Of a DNA stretch of 64,000 nucleotides, positions 31,201-47,700 are shown one piece after another (the first letter of the stretch is position 1; every line of letters begins with the position of its first letter). The stretch is from NCBI GenBank assembly GCA_964016885.1, contig OZ024742.1, forward strand, positions 347,510,001 through 347,574,000, given 5' to 3'. Both the position numbers and the translations under genes were made by a program. Under the pieces are notes generated by a model. It searched no databases, was not told the DNA's origin, and was given only the letters and a program-made list of their open reading frames with translations. Source of the DNA: Eledone cirrhosa (lineage: Eukaryota).

Positions 31201-32280
31201 ATCTCTATATCACAGTCTTCTCTCACCCCATCATATCTCTATATCACAGTCTTCTCTCACCCCATCACATCTCTATAATACAGTCTTCTCTCACCCCATC
31301 ACATCTCTATAACACAGTCTTCTCTCACCCCATCACATCTATATATCACAGTCTTATCTCACCCCATCACATCTCTATAATACAGTCTTCTCTCACGCCA
31401 TCATATCTCTATATCACAGTCTTCTCTCACCCCATCACATCTCTATATCACAGTCTTCTCTCACTCCATCACATCTCTATAACACAGTCTTCTCTCACCC
31501 CATCACATCTCTATATCACAGTCTTCTCTCATCCCATCACATCTCTATATCACAGTCTTCTCTCACCCCATCATATCTCTATATCACAGTCTTCTCTCAC
31601 CCCATCACATCTCTATATCAGTCTTCCCTCACCCCATCACATCTCTATATCACAGTCTTCCCTCACCCCATCACATCTCTATATCAGTCTTCCCTCACCC
31701 CATCACATCTATATAACACAGTCTTCTCTCACCCCATCACATCTCTATATCACAGTCTTCTCTCACCCCATCACATCTCTATATCAGTCTTCTCTCACCC
31801 CATCACATCTCTATATCACAGTGTTCTCTCATCCCATCACATCTCTATATCAGTCTTCCCTCACCCCATCACATCTCTATATCACAGTCTTCTCTTACCC
31901 CATCACATCTCTATATCAGTCTTCTCTCACCCCATCACATCTCTATATCACAGTCTTCTCTCACCCCATCACATCTCTATATCAGTCTTCCCTCACCCCA
32001 TCACATCTCTATATCAGTCTTCTCTCACCCCATCACATCTCTATATCAGTCTTCCCTCACCCCATCACATCTCTATATCAGTCTTCTCTCACCCCATCAC
32101 ATCTCTATATCAGTCTTCTCTCACCCCATCACATCTCTATATCACAGTCTTCTCTCACCCCATCACATCTCTATATCACAGTCTTCTCTCACCCCATCAC
32201 ATCTCTATATCACAGTCTTCCCTCACCCCATCACATCTCTATATCACAGTCTTCTCTCACCCCATCACATCTCTATATCA
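19200..32280. repeat. Block duplication, offset 7,304 bp (~19,200-24,975 recurs at ~26,500-32,280), separated by ~1.5 kb of other array sequence
   Basis: AACTCTAT at 20147/27451; ATGTAAGT at 22065/29369; CAAATCTATAAC at 23288/30592; GTG marker at 24517/31821. Confidence 0.88.
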
Positions 32281-32719
32281 CAGTCTTCTCTCACCCCATC
32301 ACATCTCTATATCAGTCTTCTCTCACCCCATCACATCTCTATATCACAGTCTTATCTCACCCCATCACATCTCTATATCACAGTCTTCTCTCACCCCATC
32401 ACATCTCTATATCACAGTCTTCCCTCATCCCATCACATCTCTATATCAGTCTTCTCTCACCCCATCACATCTCTATATCACAGTCTTCTCTCATCCAATC
32501 ACATCTCTATATCAGTCTTCTCTCACCCCATCACATCTCTATATCAGTCTTCTCTCATCCCATCACATCTCTATATCAGTCTTCTCTCACCCCATCACAT
32601 CTCTATATCACAGTCTTCCCTCACCCCATCACATCTCTATATCAGTCTTCTCTCATCCCATCACATCTCTATATCAGTCTTCTCTCACCCCATCACATCT
32701 CTATATCAGTCTTCTCTCA

Positions 32720-35700
32720 CCCCATCACATCTCTATATCAGTCTTCCCTCACCCCATCACATCTCTATATCAGTCTTCTCTCACCCCATCACATCTCTAT
32801 ATCACAGTCTTCCCTCACCACATCACATCTCTATATCAGTCTTCTCTCATCCCATCACATCTCTATATCAGTCTTCTCTCATCCCATCACATCTCTATAT
32901 CAGTCTTCTCTCACCCCATCACATCTCTATATCAGTCTTCCCTCACCCCATCACATCTCTATATCACAGTCTTCCCTCACACCATCACATCTCTATATCA
33001 GTCTTCTCTCACCCCATCACATCTCTATATCACAGTCTTCTCTCACCCCATCACATCTCTATATCAGTCTTCTCTCACCCCATCACATCTCTATATCAGT
33101 CTTCTCTCATCCCATCACGTCTCTATATCACAGTCTTCTCTCACCCCATCACATCTCTATATCAGTCTTCTCTCACCCCATCACATCTGTATATCACAGT
33201 CTTCTCTCATCTCATCACATCTCTATAACACAGTCTTCTCTCACCCCATCACATCTCTATATCACAGTCTTCTATCACCCCATCACATCTCTATATCAGT
33301 CTTCCATCACCCCATCACATCTCTATATCACAGCCTTCTCTCATCTCATCACATCTCTATAACACAGTCTTCTCTCACCCCATCACATCTCTATATCACA
33401 GTCTTCTCTCACCCAATCACATCTCTATATCACAGTCTTCTCTCACCCCATCACATCTCTATATCAGTCTTCTCTCATCCCATCACATCTCTATATCAGT
33501 CTTCTCTCACCCCATCACATCTCTATATCACAGTCTTCTCTCATCTCATCACATCTCTATATCACAGTCTTCTCTCACCCCATCACATCTCTATAACACA
33601 GTCTTCTCTCATCCCATCACATCTCTATATCACAGTCTTCTCTCATCCCATCACATCTCTATATCACAGTCGTCTCTCACCCCATCACATCTCTATATCA
33701 CAGTCATCTCTCACCCCATCACATCTCTATATCACAGTCTTCTCTCACCCCATCACATCTCTATATCACAGTCTTCTCTCACCCCATCACATCTCTATAT
33801 CACAGTCATCTCTCACCCCATAACATCTCTATATCAGTCTTCTCTCACCCCATCACATCTCTATATCACAGTCTTCTCTCACCCCATCACATCTCTATAT
33901 CACAGTCATCTCTCACCCCATCACATCTCTATATCAGACTTCTCTCACCCCATGACATCTCTATATCACAGTCTTCTCTCACCCCATCACATCTCTATAA
34001 CACAGTCTTCTCTCACCCCATCACATCTCTATATCAGTCTTCTCTCATCCCATCACATCTCTATATCAGTCTTCTCTCACCCCATCACATCTCTATATCA
34101 CAGTCTTCTCTCACCCCATCACATCTCTATATCAGTCTTCCCTCACCCCATCACATCTCTATATCAGTCTTCTCTCACCCCATCACATCTCTATATCAGT
34201 CTTCTCTCACCCCATCACATCTCTATATCAGTCTTCTCTCACCCCATCACATCTCTATATCACAGTCTTCTCTCACCCCATCACATCTCTATATCAGTCT
34301 TCTCTCACCCCATCACATCTCTATATCACAGTCTTCTCTCACCCCATCACATCTCTATATCAGTCTTCTCTCACCCCATCACATCTCTATAACACAGTCT
34401 TCTCTCACCCCATCACATCTCTATATCACAGTCTTCTCTCACCCCATCACATCTCTATATCAGTCTTCTCTCACCCCATCACATCTCTATATCACAGTCT
34501 TCTCTCACCCCATCACATCTCTATATCAGTCTTCTCTCACCCCATCACATCTCTATATCACAGTCTTCTCTCACCCCATAACATCTCTATAACACAGTCT
34601 TCTCTCACCCCATCACATCTCTATAACACAGTCTTCTCTCACCCCATCACATCTCTATATCACAGTCTTCTCTCACCCCATCACATCTCTATATCACAGT
34701 CTTCTCTCACCCCATCACATCTCTATATCACAGTCTTCTCTCACCCCATCACATCTCTATATCAGTCTTCTCTCATCCCATCAGATCTCTATATCAGTCT
34801 TCTCTCACCCCATCACATCTCTATATCACAGTCTTCTCTCATCTCATCACATCTCTATATCACAGTCTTCTCTCACCCCATCACATCTCTATATCACAGT
34901 CTTCTCTCATCCCATCACATCTCTATATCACAGTCTTCTCTCATCCCATTACATCTCTATATCACAGTCTTCTCTCACCCCATCACATCTCTATATCACA
35001 GTCATCTCTCACCCCATCACATCTCTATATCAGTCTTCTCTCACCCCATCACATCTCTATATCACAGTCTTCTCTCACCCCATCACATCTCTATAACACA
35101 GTCTTCTCTCATCCCATCAAATCTATAACACAGACTTCTCTCACCTCATCACATCTCTATATCACAGTCTTCTCTCACCCCATCACATCTCTATAACACA
35201 GTCTTCTCTCACCCCATCACATCTCTATAACACAGTCTTCTCTCATCCCATCACATCTCTATATCACAGTCTTCTCTCATCCCATCACATCTCTATATCA
35301 CAGTCTTCTCTCACCCCATCACATCTCTATAACACAGTCTTCTCTCACCCCATCACATCTCTAAAACACAGTCTTCTCTCATCCCATCACATCTATATAA
35401 CACAGACTTCTCTCACCTCATCACATCTCTATAACAGTCTTCTCTCACCCCATCACATCTCTATATCACAGTCTTCTCTCACCCCATCACATCTCTATAA
35501 CAGTCTTCTCTCACCCCATCACATCTCTATAACACAGTCTTCTCTCATCCCATCACATCTCTATATCAGTCTTCCCTCACCCCATCACATCTCTATATCA
35601 GTCTTCTCTCACCCCATCACATCTCTATATCACAGTCTTCCCTCACCACATCACATCTCTATATCAGTCTTCTCTCATCCCATCACATCTCTATATCAGT

Positions 35701-37050
35701 CTTCTCTCATCCCATCACATCTCTATATCAGTCTTCTCTCACCCCATCACATCTCTATATCAGTCTTCCCTCACCCCATCACATCTCTATATCACAGTCT
35801 TCCCTCACACCATCACATCTCTATATCAGTCTTCTCTCACCCCATCACATCTCTATATCACAGTCTTCTCTCACCCCATCACATCTCTATATCAGTCTTC
35901 TCTCACCCCATCACATCTCTATATCAGTCTTCTCTCATCCCATCACGTCTCTATATCACAGTCTTCTCTCACCCCATCACATCTCTATATCAGTCTTCTC
36001 TCACCCCATCACATCTGTATATCACAGTCTTCTCTCATCTCATCACATCTCTATAACACAGTCTTCTCTCACCCCATCACATCTCTATATTACAGTCTTC
36101 TATCACCCCATCACATCTCTATATCAGTCTTCCATCACCCCATCACATCTCTATATCACAGCCTTCTCTCATCTCATCACATCTCTATAACACAGTCTTC
36201 TCTCACTCCATCACATCTCTATATCACAGTCTTCTCTCACCCAATCACATCTCTATATCACAGTCTTCTCTCACCCCATCACATCTCTATATCAGTCTTC
36301 TCTCATCCCATCACATCTCTATATCAGTCTTCTCTCACCCCATCACATCTCTATATCACAGTCTTCTCTCATCTCATCACATCTCTATATCACAGTCTTC
36401 TCTCACCCCATCACATCTCTATAACACAGTCTTCTCTCATCCCATCACATCTCTATATCACAGTCTTCTCTCATCCCATCACATCTCTATATCACAGTCG
36501 TCTCTCACCCCATCACATCTCTATATCACAGTCATCTCTCACCCCATCACATCTCTATATCACAGTCTTCTCTCACCCCATCACATCTCTATATCACAGT
36601 CTTCTCTCACCCCATCACATCTCTATATCACAGTCATCTCTCACCCCATAACATCTCTATATCAGTCTTCTCTCACCCCATCACATCTCTATATCACAGT
36701 CTTCTCTCACCCCATCACATCTCTATATCACAGTCATCTCTCACCCCATCACATCTCTATATCAGACTTCTCTCACCCCATGACATCTCTATATCACAGT
36801 CTTCTCTCACCCCATCACATCTCTATAACACAGTCTTCTCTCACTCCATCACATCTCTATATCAGTCTTCTCTCATCCCATCACATCTCTATATCAGTCT
36901 TCTCTCACCCCATCACATCTCTATATCACAGTCTTCTCTCACCCCATCACATCTCTATATCAGTCTTCCCTCACCCCATCACATCTCTATATCAGTCTTC
37001 TCTCACCCCATCACATCTCTATATCAGTCTTCTCTCACCCCATCACATCT
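32720..37050. repeat. Block duplication, offset 2,828 bp (~32,720-34,220 recurs at ~35,550-37,050)
   Basis: CCTCACCACATCAC at 32813/35641; CCCCATGACAT with ATG at 33952/36780. Confidence 0.8.
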
Positions 37051-40000
37051 CTATATCACAGTCTTCTCTCACCCCATCACATCTCTATATCAGTCTTCTC
37101 TCACCCCATCACATCTCTATATCAGTCTTCTCTCACCCCATCACATCTCTATATCACAGTCTTCCCTCACCCCATCACATCTCTATATCAGTCTTCTCTC
37201 ACCCCATCACATCTCTATATCACAGTCTTCTCTCACCCCATCACATCTCTATATCACAGTCTTCTCTCACCCCATCACATCTCTATATTACAGTCTTCTC
37301 TCACCCCATCACATCTCTATATCACAGTCTTCTCTCATCCCATCACATCTCTATATCACAGTCTTCTCTCACCCCATCACATCTCTATATCAGTCTTCTC
37401 TCACCCCATCACATCTCTATATCACAGTCTTCTCTCACCCCATCACATCTCTATATCAGTCTTCCCTCACGCCATCACATCTCTATATCACAGTCTTCTC
37501 TCACCCCATCACATCTCTATATCAGTCTTCTCTCACCCCATCACATCTCTATATCACAGTCTTCTCTCACCCCATCACATCTCTATATCAGTCTTCTCTC
37601 ACCCCATCACATCTCTATATCACAGTCTTCTCTCACCCCATCACATCTCTATATCAGTCTTCTCTCACCCCATCACATCTCTATAACACAGTCTTCTCTC
37701 ACCCCATCACATCTCTATATCACAGTCTTCTCTCACCCCATCACATCTCTATATCAGTCTTCTCTCACCCCATCACATCTCTATATCACAGTCTTCTCTC
37801 ACCCCATCACATCTCTATATCAGTCTTCTCTCACCCCATCACATCTCTATATCACAGTCTTCTCTCACCCCATAACATCTCTATAACACAGTCTTCTCTC
37901 ACCCCATCACATCTCTATAACACAGTCTTCTCTCACCCCATCACATCTCTATATCAGTCTTCTCTCACCCCATCACATCTCTATATCAGTCTTCTCTCAC
38001 CCCATCACATCTCTATATCAGTCTTCTCTCACCCCATCACATCTCTATATCACAGTCTTCTCTCACCCCATCACATCTCTATATCAGTCTTCTCTCACCC
38101 CATCACATCTCTATATCACAGTCTTCTCTCACCCCATCACATCTCTATATCAGTCTTCTCTCACCCCATCACATCTCTATAACACAGTCTTCTCTCACCC
38201 CATCACATCTCTATATCACAGTCTTCTCTCACCCCATCACATCTCTATATCAGTCTTCTCTCACCCCATCACATCTCTATATCACAGTCTTCTCTCACCC
38301 CATCACATCTCTATATCAGTCTTCTCTCACCCCATCACATCTCTATATCACAGTCTTCTCTCACCCCATAACATCTCTATAACACAGTCTTCTCTCACCC
38401 CATCACATCTCTATAACACAGTCTTCTCTCACCCCATCACATCTCTATATCACAGTCTTCTCTCACCCCATCACATCTCTATATCACAGTCTTCTCTCAC
38501 CCCATCACATCTCTATATCACAGTCTTCTCTCACCCCATCACATCTCTATATCAGTCTTCTCTCATCCCATCAGATCTCTATATCAGTCTTCTCTCACCC
38601 CATCACATCTCTATATCACAGTCTTCTCTCATCTCATCACATCTCTATATCACAGTCTTCTCTCACCCCATCACATCTCTATATCACAGTCTTCTCTCAT
38701 CCCATCACATCTCTATATCACAGTCTTCTCTCATCCCATTACATCTCTATATCACAGTCTTCTCTCACCCCATCACATCTCTATATCACAGTCATCTCTC
38801 ACCCCATCACATCTCTATATCAGTCTTCTCTCACCCCATCACATCTCTATATCACAGTCTTCTCTCACCCCATCACATCTCTATAACACAGTCTTCTCTC
38901 ATCCCATCAAATCTATAACACAGACTTCTCTCACCTCATCACATCTCTATATCACAGTCTTCTCTCACCCCATCACATCTCTATAACACAGTCTTCTCTC
39001 ACCCCATCACATCTCTATAACACAGTCTTCTCTCATCCCATCACATCTCTATATCACAGTCTTCTCTCATCCCATCACATCTCTATATCACAGTCTTCTC
39101 TCACCCCATCACATCTCTATAACACAGTCTTCTCTCACCCCATCACATCTCTAAAACACAGTCTTCTCTCATCCCATCACATCTATATAACACAGACTTC
39201 TCTCACCTCATCACATCTCTATAACAGTCTTCTCTCACCCCATCACATCTCTATATCACAGTCTTCTCTCACCCCATCACATCTCTATAACAGTCTTCTC
39301 TCACCCCATCACATCTCTATAACACAGTCTTCTCTCATCCCATCACATCTCTATATCAGTCTTCCCTCACCCCATCACATCTCTATATCAGTCTTCTCTC
39401 ACCCCATCACATCTCTATATCACAGTCTTCCCTCACCACATCACATCTCTATATCAGTCTTCTCTCATCCCATCACATCTCTATATCAGTCTTCTCTCAT
39501 CCCATCACATCTCTATATCAGTCTTCTCTCACCCCATCACATCTCTATATCAGTCTTCCCTCACCCCATCACATCTCTATATCACAGTCTTCCCTCACAC
39601 CATCACATCTCTATATCAGTCTTCTCTCACCCCATCACATCTCTATATCACAGTCTTCTCTCACCCCATCACATCTCTATATCAGTCTTCTCTCACCCCA
39701 TCACATCTCTATATCAGTCTTCTCTCATCCCATCACGTCTCTATATCACAGTCTTCTCTCACCCCATCACATCTCTATATCAGTCTTCTCTCACCCCATC
39801 ACATCTGTATATCACAGTCTTCTCTCATCTCATCACATCTCTATAACACAGTCTTCTCTCACCCCATCACATCTCTATATCACAGTCTTCTATCACCCCA
39901 TCACATCTCTATATCAGTCTTCCATCACCCCATCACATCTCTATATCACAGCCTTCTCTCATCTCATCACATCTCTATAACACAGTCTTCTCTCACCCCA

Positions 40001-41746
40001 TCACATCTCTATATCACAGTCTTCTCTCACCCAATCACATCTCTATATCACAGTCTTCTCTCACCCCATCACATCTCTATATCAGTCTTCTCTCATCCCA
40101 TCACATCTCTATATCAGTCTTCTCTCACCCCATCACATCTCTATATCACAGTCTTCTCTCATCTCATCACATCTCTATATCACAGTCTTCTCTCACCCCA
40201 TCACATCTCTATAACACAGTCTTCTCTCATCCCATCACATCTCTATATCACAGTCTTCTCTCATCCCATCACATCTCTATATCACAGTCGTCTCTCACCC
40301 CATCACATCTCTATATCACAGTCATCTCTCACCCCATCACATCTCTATATCACAGTCTTCTCTCACCCCATCACATCTCTATATCACAGTCTTCTCTCAC
40401 CCCATCACATCTCTATATCACAGTCATCTCTCACCCCATAACATCTCTATATCAGTCTTCTCTCACCCCATCACATCTCTATATCACAGTCTTCTCTCAC
40501 CCCATCACATCTCTATATCACAGTCATCTCTCACCCCATCACATCTCTATATCAGACTTCTCTCACCCCATGACATCTCTATATCACAGTCTTCTCTCAC
40601 CCCATCACATCTCTATAACACAGTCTTCTCTCACTCCATCACATCTCTATATCAGTCTTCTCTCATCCCATCACATCTCTATATCAGTCTTCTCTCACCC
40701 CATCACATCTCTATATCACAGTCTTCTCTCACCCCATCACATCTCTATATCAGTCTTCCCTCACCCCATCACATCTCTATATCAGTCTTCTCTCACCCCA
40801 TCACATCTCTATATCAGTCTTCTCTCACCCCATCACATCTCTATATCACAGTCTTCTCTCACCCCATCACATCTCTATATCAGTCTTCTCTCACCCCATC
40901 ACATCTCTATATCAGTCTTCTCTCACCCCATCACATCTCTATATCACAGTCTTCCCTCACCCCATCACATCTCTATATCAGTCTTCTCTCACCCCATCAC
41001 ATCTCTATATCACAGTCTTCTCTCACCCCATCACATCTCTATATCACAGTCTTCTCTCACCCCATCACATCTCTATATTACAGTCTTCTCTCACCCCATC
41101 ACATCTCTATATCACAGTCTTCTCTCATCCCATCACATCTCTATATCACAGTCTTCTCTCACCCCATCACATCTCTATATCAGTCTTCTCTCACCCCATC
41201 ACATCTCTATATCACAGTCTTCTCTCACCCCATCACATCTCTATATCAGTCTTCCCTCACGCCATCACATCTCTATATCACAGTCTTCTCTCACCCCATC
41301 ACATCTCTATATCAGTCTTCTCTCACCCCATCACATCTCTATATCACAGTCTTCTCTCACCCCATCACATCTCTATATCAGTCTTCTCTCACCCCATCAC
41401 ATCTCTATATCACAGTCTTCTCTCACCCCATCACATCTCTATATCAGTCTTCTCTCACCCCATCACATCTCTATAACACAGTCTTCTCTCACCCCATCAC
41501 ATCTCTATATCACAGTCTTCTCTCACCCCATCACATCTCTATATCAGTCTTCTCTCACCCCATCACATCTCTATATCACAGTCTTCTCTCACCCCATCAC
41601 ATCTCTATATCAGTCTTCTCTCACCCCATCACATCTCTATATCACAGTCTTCTCTCACCCCATAACATCTCTATAACACAGTCTTCTCTCACCCCATCAC
41701 ATCTCTATAACACAGTCTTCTCTCACCCCATCACATCTCTATATCA
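34142..41746. repeat. Tandem duplication of a 3,790-bp block (2 copies)
   Basis: TCAGATCTCT at 34781/38571; CAAATCTATAAC at 35118/38908; ATG marker at 36780/40570, where the two 368-aa pseudo-ORFs are identical. Confidence 0.9.
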
Positions 41747-44700
41747 CAGTCTTCTCTCACCCCATCACATCTCTATATCACAGTCTTCTCTCAGCCCATC
41801 ACATCTCTATATCACAGTCTTCTCTCACCCCATCACATCTCTATATCAGTCTTCTCTCATCCCATCAGATCTCTATATCAGTCTTCTCTCACCCCATCAC
41901 ATCTCTATATCACAGTCTTCTCTCATCTCATCACATCTCTATATCACAGTCTTCTCTCACCCCATCACATCTCTATATCACAGTCTTCTCTCATCCCATC
42001 ACATCTCTATATCACAGTCTTCTCTCATCCCATTACATCTCTATATCACAGTCTTCTCTCACCCCATCACATCTCTATATCACAGTCATCTCTCACCCCA
42101 TCACATCTCTATATCAGTCTTCTCTCACCCCATCACATCTCTATATCACAGTCTTCTCTCACCCCATCACATCTCTATAACACAGTCTTCTCTCATCCCA
42201 TCAAATCTATAACACAGACTTCTCTCACCTCATCACATCTCTATATCACAGTCTTCTCTCACCCCATCACATCTCTATAACACAGTCTTCTCTCACCCCA
42301 TCACATCTCTATAACACAGTCTTCTCTCATCCCATCACATCTCTATATCACAGTCTTCTCTCATCCCATCACATCTCTATATCACAGTCTTCTCTCACCC
42401 CATCACATCTCTATAACACAGTCTTCTCTCACCCCATCACATCTCTAAAACACAGTCTTCTCTCATCCCATCACATCTATATAACACAGACTTCTCTCAC
42501 CTCATCACATCTCTATAACAGTCTTCTCTCACCCCATCACATCTCTATATCACAGTCTTCTCTCACCCCATCACATCTCTATAACAGTCTTCTCTCACCC
42601 CATCACATCTCTATAACACAGTCTTCTCTCATCCCATCACATCTCTATATCACAGTCTTCTCTCACCCCATCACATCTCTATATCACAGTCTTCTCTCAC
42701 ACCATCACATCTCTATATCACAGTCTTCTCTCACCCCATCACATCTCTATAACTCAGTCTTCTCTCACCCCATCACTTCTCTATATCACAGTCTTCTCTC
42801 ATCCCATCACATCTCTATATCACAGTCTTCTCTCACCCCATCATATCTCTATATCACAGTCTTCTCTCACCCCATCACATCTCTATAATACAGTCTTCTC
42901 TCACCCCATCACATCTCTATAACACAGTCTTCTCTCACCCCATCACATCTATATATCACAGTCTTATCTCACCCCATCACATCTCTATAATACAGTCTTC
43001 TCTCACGCCATCATATCTCTTTATCACAGTCTTCTCTCACCCCATCACATCTCTATATCACAGTCTTCTCTCACTCCATCACATCTCTATAACACAGTCT
43101 TCTCTCACCCCATCACATCTCTATATCACAGTCTTCTCTCATCCCATCACATCTCTATATCACAGTCTTCTCTCACCCCATCATATCTCTATATCACAGT
43201 CTTCTCTCACCCCATCACATCTCTATATCAGTCTTCCCTCACCCCATCACATCTCTATATCACAGTCTTCCCTCACCCCATCACATCTCTATATCAGTCT
43301 TCCCTCACCCCATCACATCTATATAACACAGTCTTCTCTCACCCCATCACATCTCTATATCACAGTCTTCTCTCACCCCATCACATCTCTATATCAGTCT
43401 TCTCTCACCCCATCACATCTCTATATCACAGTGTTCTCTCATCCCATCACATCTCTATATCAGTCTTCCCTCACCCCATCACATCTCTATATCACAGTCT
43501 TCTCTTACCCCATCACATCTCTATATCAGTCTTCTCTCACCCCATCACATCTCTATATCACAGTCTTCTCTCACCCCATCACATCTCTATATCAGTCTTC
43601 CCTCACCCCATCACATCTCTATATCAGTCTTCTCTCACCCCATCACATCTCTATATCAGTCTTCCCTCACCCCATCACATCTCTATATCAGTCTTCTCTC
43701 ACCCCATCACATCTCTATATCAGTCTTCTCTCACCCCATCACATCTCTATATCACAGTCTTCTCTCACCCCATCACATCTCTATATCACAGTCTTCCCTC
43801 ACCCCATCACATCTCTATATCACAGTCTTCTCTCACCCCATCACATCTCTATATCACAGTCTTCTCTCACCCCATCACATCTCTATATCAGTCTTCTCTC
43901 ACCCCATCACATCTCTATATCACAGTCTTCTCTCACCCCATCACATCTCTATATCACAGTCTTCTCTCACCCCATCACATCTCTATATCACAGTCTTCCC
44001 TCATCCCATCACATCTCTATATCAGTCTTCTCTCACCCCATCACATCTCTATATCACAGTCTTCTCTCATCCAATCACATCTCTATATCAGTCTTCTCTC
44101 ACCCCATCACATCTCTATATCAGTCTTCTCTCACCCCATCACATCTCTATATCAGTCTTCTCTCATCCCATCACATCTCTATATCAGTCTTCTCTCACCC
44201 CATCACATCTCTATATCACAGTCTTCCCTCACCCCATCACATCTCTATATCAGTCTTCTCTCATCCCATCACATCTCTATATCAGTCTTCTCTCACCCCA
44301 TCACATCTCTATATCAGTCTTCTCTCACCCCATCACATCTCTATATCAGTCTTCCCTCACCCCATCACATCTCTATATTAGTCTTCTCTCACCCCATCAC
44401 ATCTCTATATCACAGTTTTCCCTCACCCCATCACATCTCTATATCAGTCTTCTCTCATCCCATCACATCTCTATATCAGTCTTCTCTCATCCCATCACAT
44501 CTCTATATCAGTCTTCTCTCACCCCATCACATCTCTATATCAGTCTTCCCTCACCCCATCACATCTCTATATCACAGTCTTCCCTCACCCCATCACATCT
44601 CTATATCAGTCTTCTCTCACCCCATCACATCTCTATATCACAGTCTTCTCTCACCCCATCACATCTCTATATCAGTCTTCTCTCACCCCATCACATCTCT

Positions 44701-47700
44701 ATATCAGTCTTCTCTCATCCCATCACGTCTCTATATCACAGTCTTCTCTCACCCCATCACATCTCTATGTCAGTCTTCTCTCACCCCATCACATCTCTAT
44801 ATCACAGTCTTCTCTCATCTCATCACATCTCTATAACACAGTCTTCTCTCACCCCATCACATCTCTATATCACAGTCTTCTCTCACCCCATCACATCTCT
44901 ATATCAGTCTTCCATCACCCCATCACATCTCTATATCACAGCCTTCTCTCATCTCATCACATCTCTATAACACAGTCTTCTCTCACCCCATCACATCTCT
45001 ATATCACAGTCTTCTCTCACCCAATCACATCTCTATATCACAGTCTTCTCTCACCGCATCACATCTCTATATCAGTCTTCTCTCATCCCATCACATCTCT
45101 ATATCAGTCTTCTCTCACCCCATCACATCTCTATATCACAGTCTTCTCTCATCTCATCACATCTCTATATCACAGTCTTCTCTCACCCCATCACATCTCT
45201 ATAACACAGTCTTCTCTCATCCCATCACATCTCTATATCACAGTCTTCTCTCATCCCATCACATCTCTATATCACAGTCTTCTCTCACCCCATCACATCT
45301 CTATATCACAGTCATCTCTCACCCCATCACATCTCTATATCAGTCTTCTCTCACCCCATCACATCTCTATATCACAGTCTTCTCTCACCCCATCACATCT
45401 CTATATCACAGTCATCTCTCACCCCATAACATCTCTATATCAGTCTTCTCTCACCCCATCACATCTCTATATCACAGTCTTCTCTCACCCCATCACATCT
45501 CTATATCACAGTCATCTCTCACCCCATCACATCTCTATATCAGACTTCTCTCACCCCATGACATCTCTATATCACAGTCTTCTCTCACCCCATCACATCT
45601 CTATAACACAGTCTTCTCTCACCCCATCACATCTCTATATCAGTCTTCTCTCATCCCATCACATCTCTATATCAGTCTTCTCTCACCCCATCACATCTCT
45701 ATATCACAGTCTTCTCTCACCCCATCACATCTCTATATCACAGTCTTCCCTCACCCCATCACATCTCTATATCAGTCTTCTCTCATCCCATCACATCTCT
45801 ATATCAGTCTTCTCTCACCCCATCACATCTCTATATCAGTCTTCCCTCACCCCATCACATCTCTATATCAGTCTTCTCTCACCCCATCACATCTCTATAT
45901 CAGTCTTCTCTCACCCCATCACATCTCTATATCACAGTCTTCTCTCACCCCATCACATCTCTATATCAGTCTTCTCTCACCCCATCACATCTCTATATCA
46001 GTCTTCTCTCACCCCATCACATCTCTATATCACAGTCTTCCCTCACCCCATCACATCTCTATATCAGTCTTCTCTCACCCCATCACATCTCTATATCACA
46101 GTCTTCTCTCACCCCATCACATCTCTATATCACAGTCTTCTCTCACCCCATCACATCTCTATATTACAGTCTTCTCTCACCCCATCACATCTCTATATCA
46201 CAGTCTTCTCTCATCCCATCACATCTCTATATCACAGTCTTCTCTCACCCCATCACATCTCTATATCAGTCTTCTCTCACCCCATCACATCTCTATATCA
46301 CAGTCTTCTCTCACCCCATCACATCTCTATATCAGTCTTCCCTCACGCCATCACATCTCTATATCACAGTCTTCCCTCACCCCATCACATCTCTATATCA
46401 GTCTTCTCTCACCCCATCACATCTCTATATCACAGTCTTCTCTCACCCCATCACATCTCTATATCAGTCTTCTCTCACCCCATCACATCTCTATATCACA
46501 GTCTTCTCTCACCCCATCACATCTCTATATCAGTCTTCTCTCACCCCATCACATCTCTATAACACAGTCTTCTCTCACCCCATCACATCTCTATATCACA
46601 GTCTTCTCTCACCCCATCACATCTCTATATCAGTCTTCTCTCACCCCATCACATCTCTATATCACAGTCTTCTCTCACCCCATCACATCTCTATATCAGT
46701 CTTCTCTCACCCCATCACATCTCTATATCACAGTCTTCTCTCACCCCATAACATCTCTATAACACAGTCTTCTCTCACCCCATCACATCTCTATAACACA
46801 GTCTTCTCTCACCCCATCACATCTCTATATCACAGTCTTCTCTCACCCCATCACATCTCTATATCACAGTCTTCTCTCACCCCATCACATCTCTATATCA
46901 CAGTCTTCTCTCACCCCATCACATCTCTATATCAGTCTTCTCTCATCCCATCACATCTCTATATCAGTCTTCTCTCACCCCATCACATCTCTATATCACA
47001 GTCTTCTCTCATCTCATCACATCTCTATATCACAGTCTTCTCTCACCCCATCACATCTCTATATCACAGTCTTCTCTCATCCCATCACATCTCTATATCA
47101 CAGTCTTCTCTCATCCCATTACATCTCTATATCACAGTCTTCTCTCACCCCATCACATCTCTATATCACAGTCATCTCTCACCCCATCACATCTCTATAT
47201 CAGTCTTCTCTCACCCCATCACATCTCTATATCACAGTCTTCTCTCACCCCATCACATCTCTATATCACAGTCATCTCTCACCCCATAACATCTCTATAT
47301 CAGTCTTCTGTCACCCCATCACATCTCTATATCACAGTCTTCTCTCACCCCATCACATCTCTATATCACAGTCATCTCTCACCCCATCACATCTCTATAT
47401 CAGTCTTCTCTCACCCCATCACATCTCTATATCACAGTCTTCTCTCACCCCATCACATCTCTATAACACAGTCTTCTCTCACCCCATCACATCTCTATAT
47501 CAGTCTTCTCTCATCCCATCACATCTCTATATCAGTCTTCTCTCACCCCATCACATCTCTATATCACAGTCTTCTCTCACCCCATCACATCTCTATATCA
47601 CAGTCTTCCCTCACCCCATCACATCTCTATATCAGTCTTCTCTCATCCCATCACATCTCTATATCAGTCTTCTCTCACCCCATCACATCTCTATATCAGT

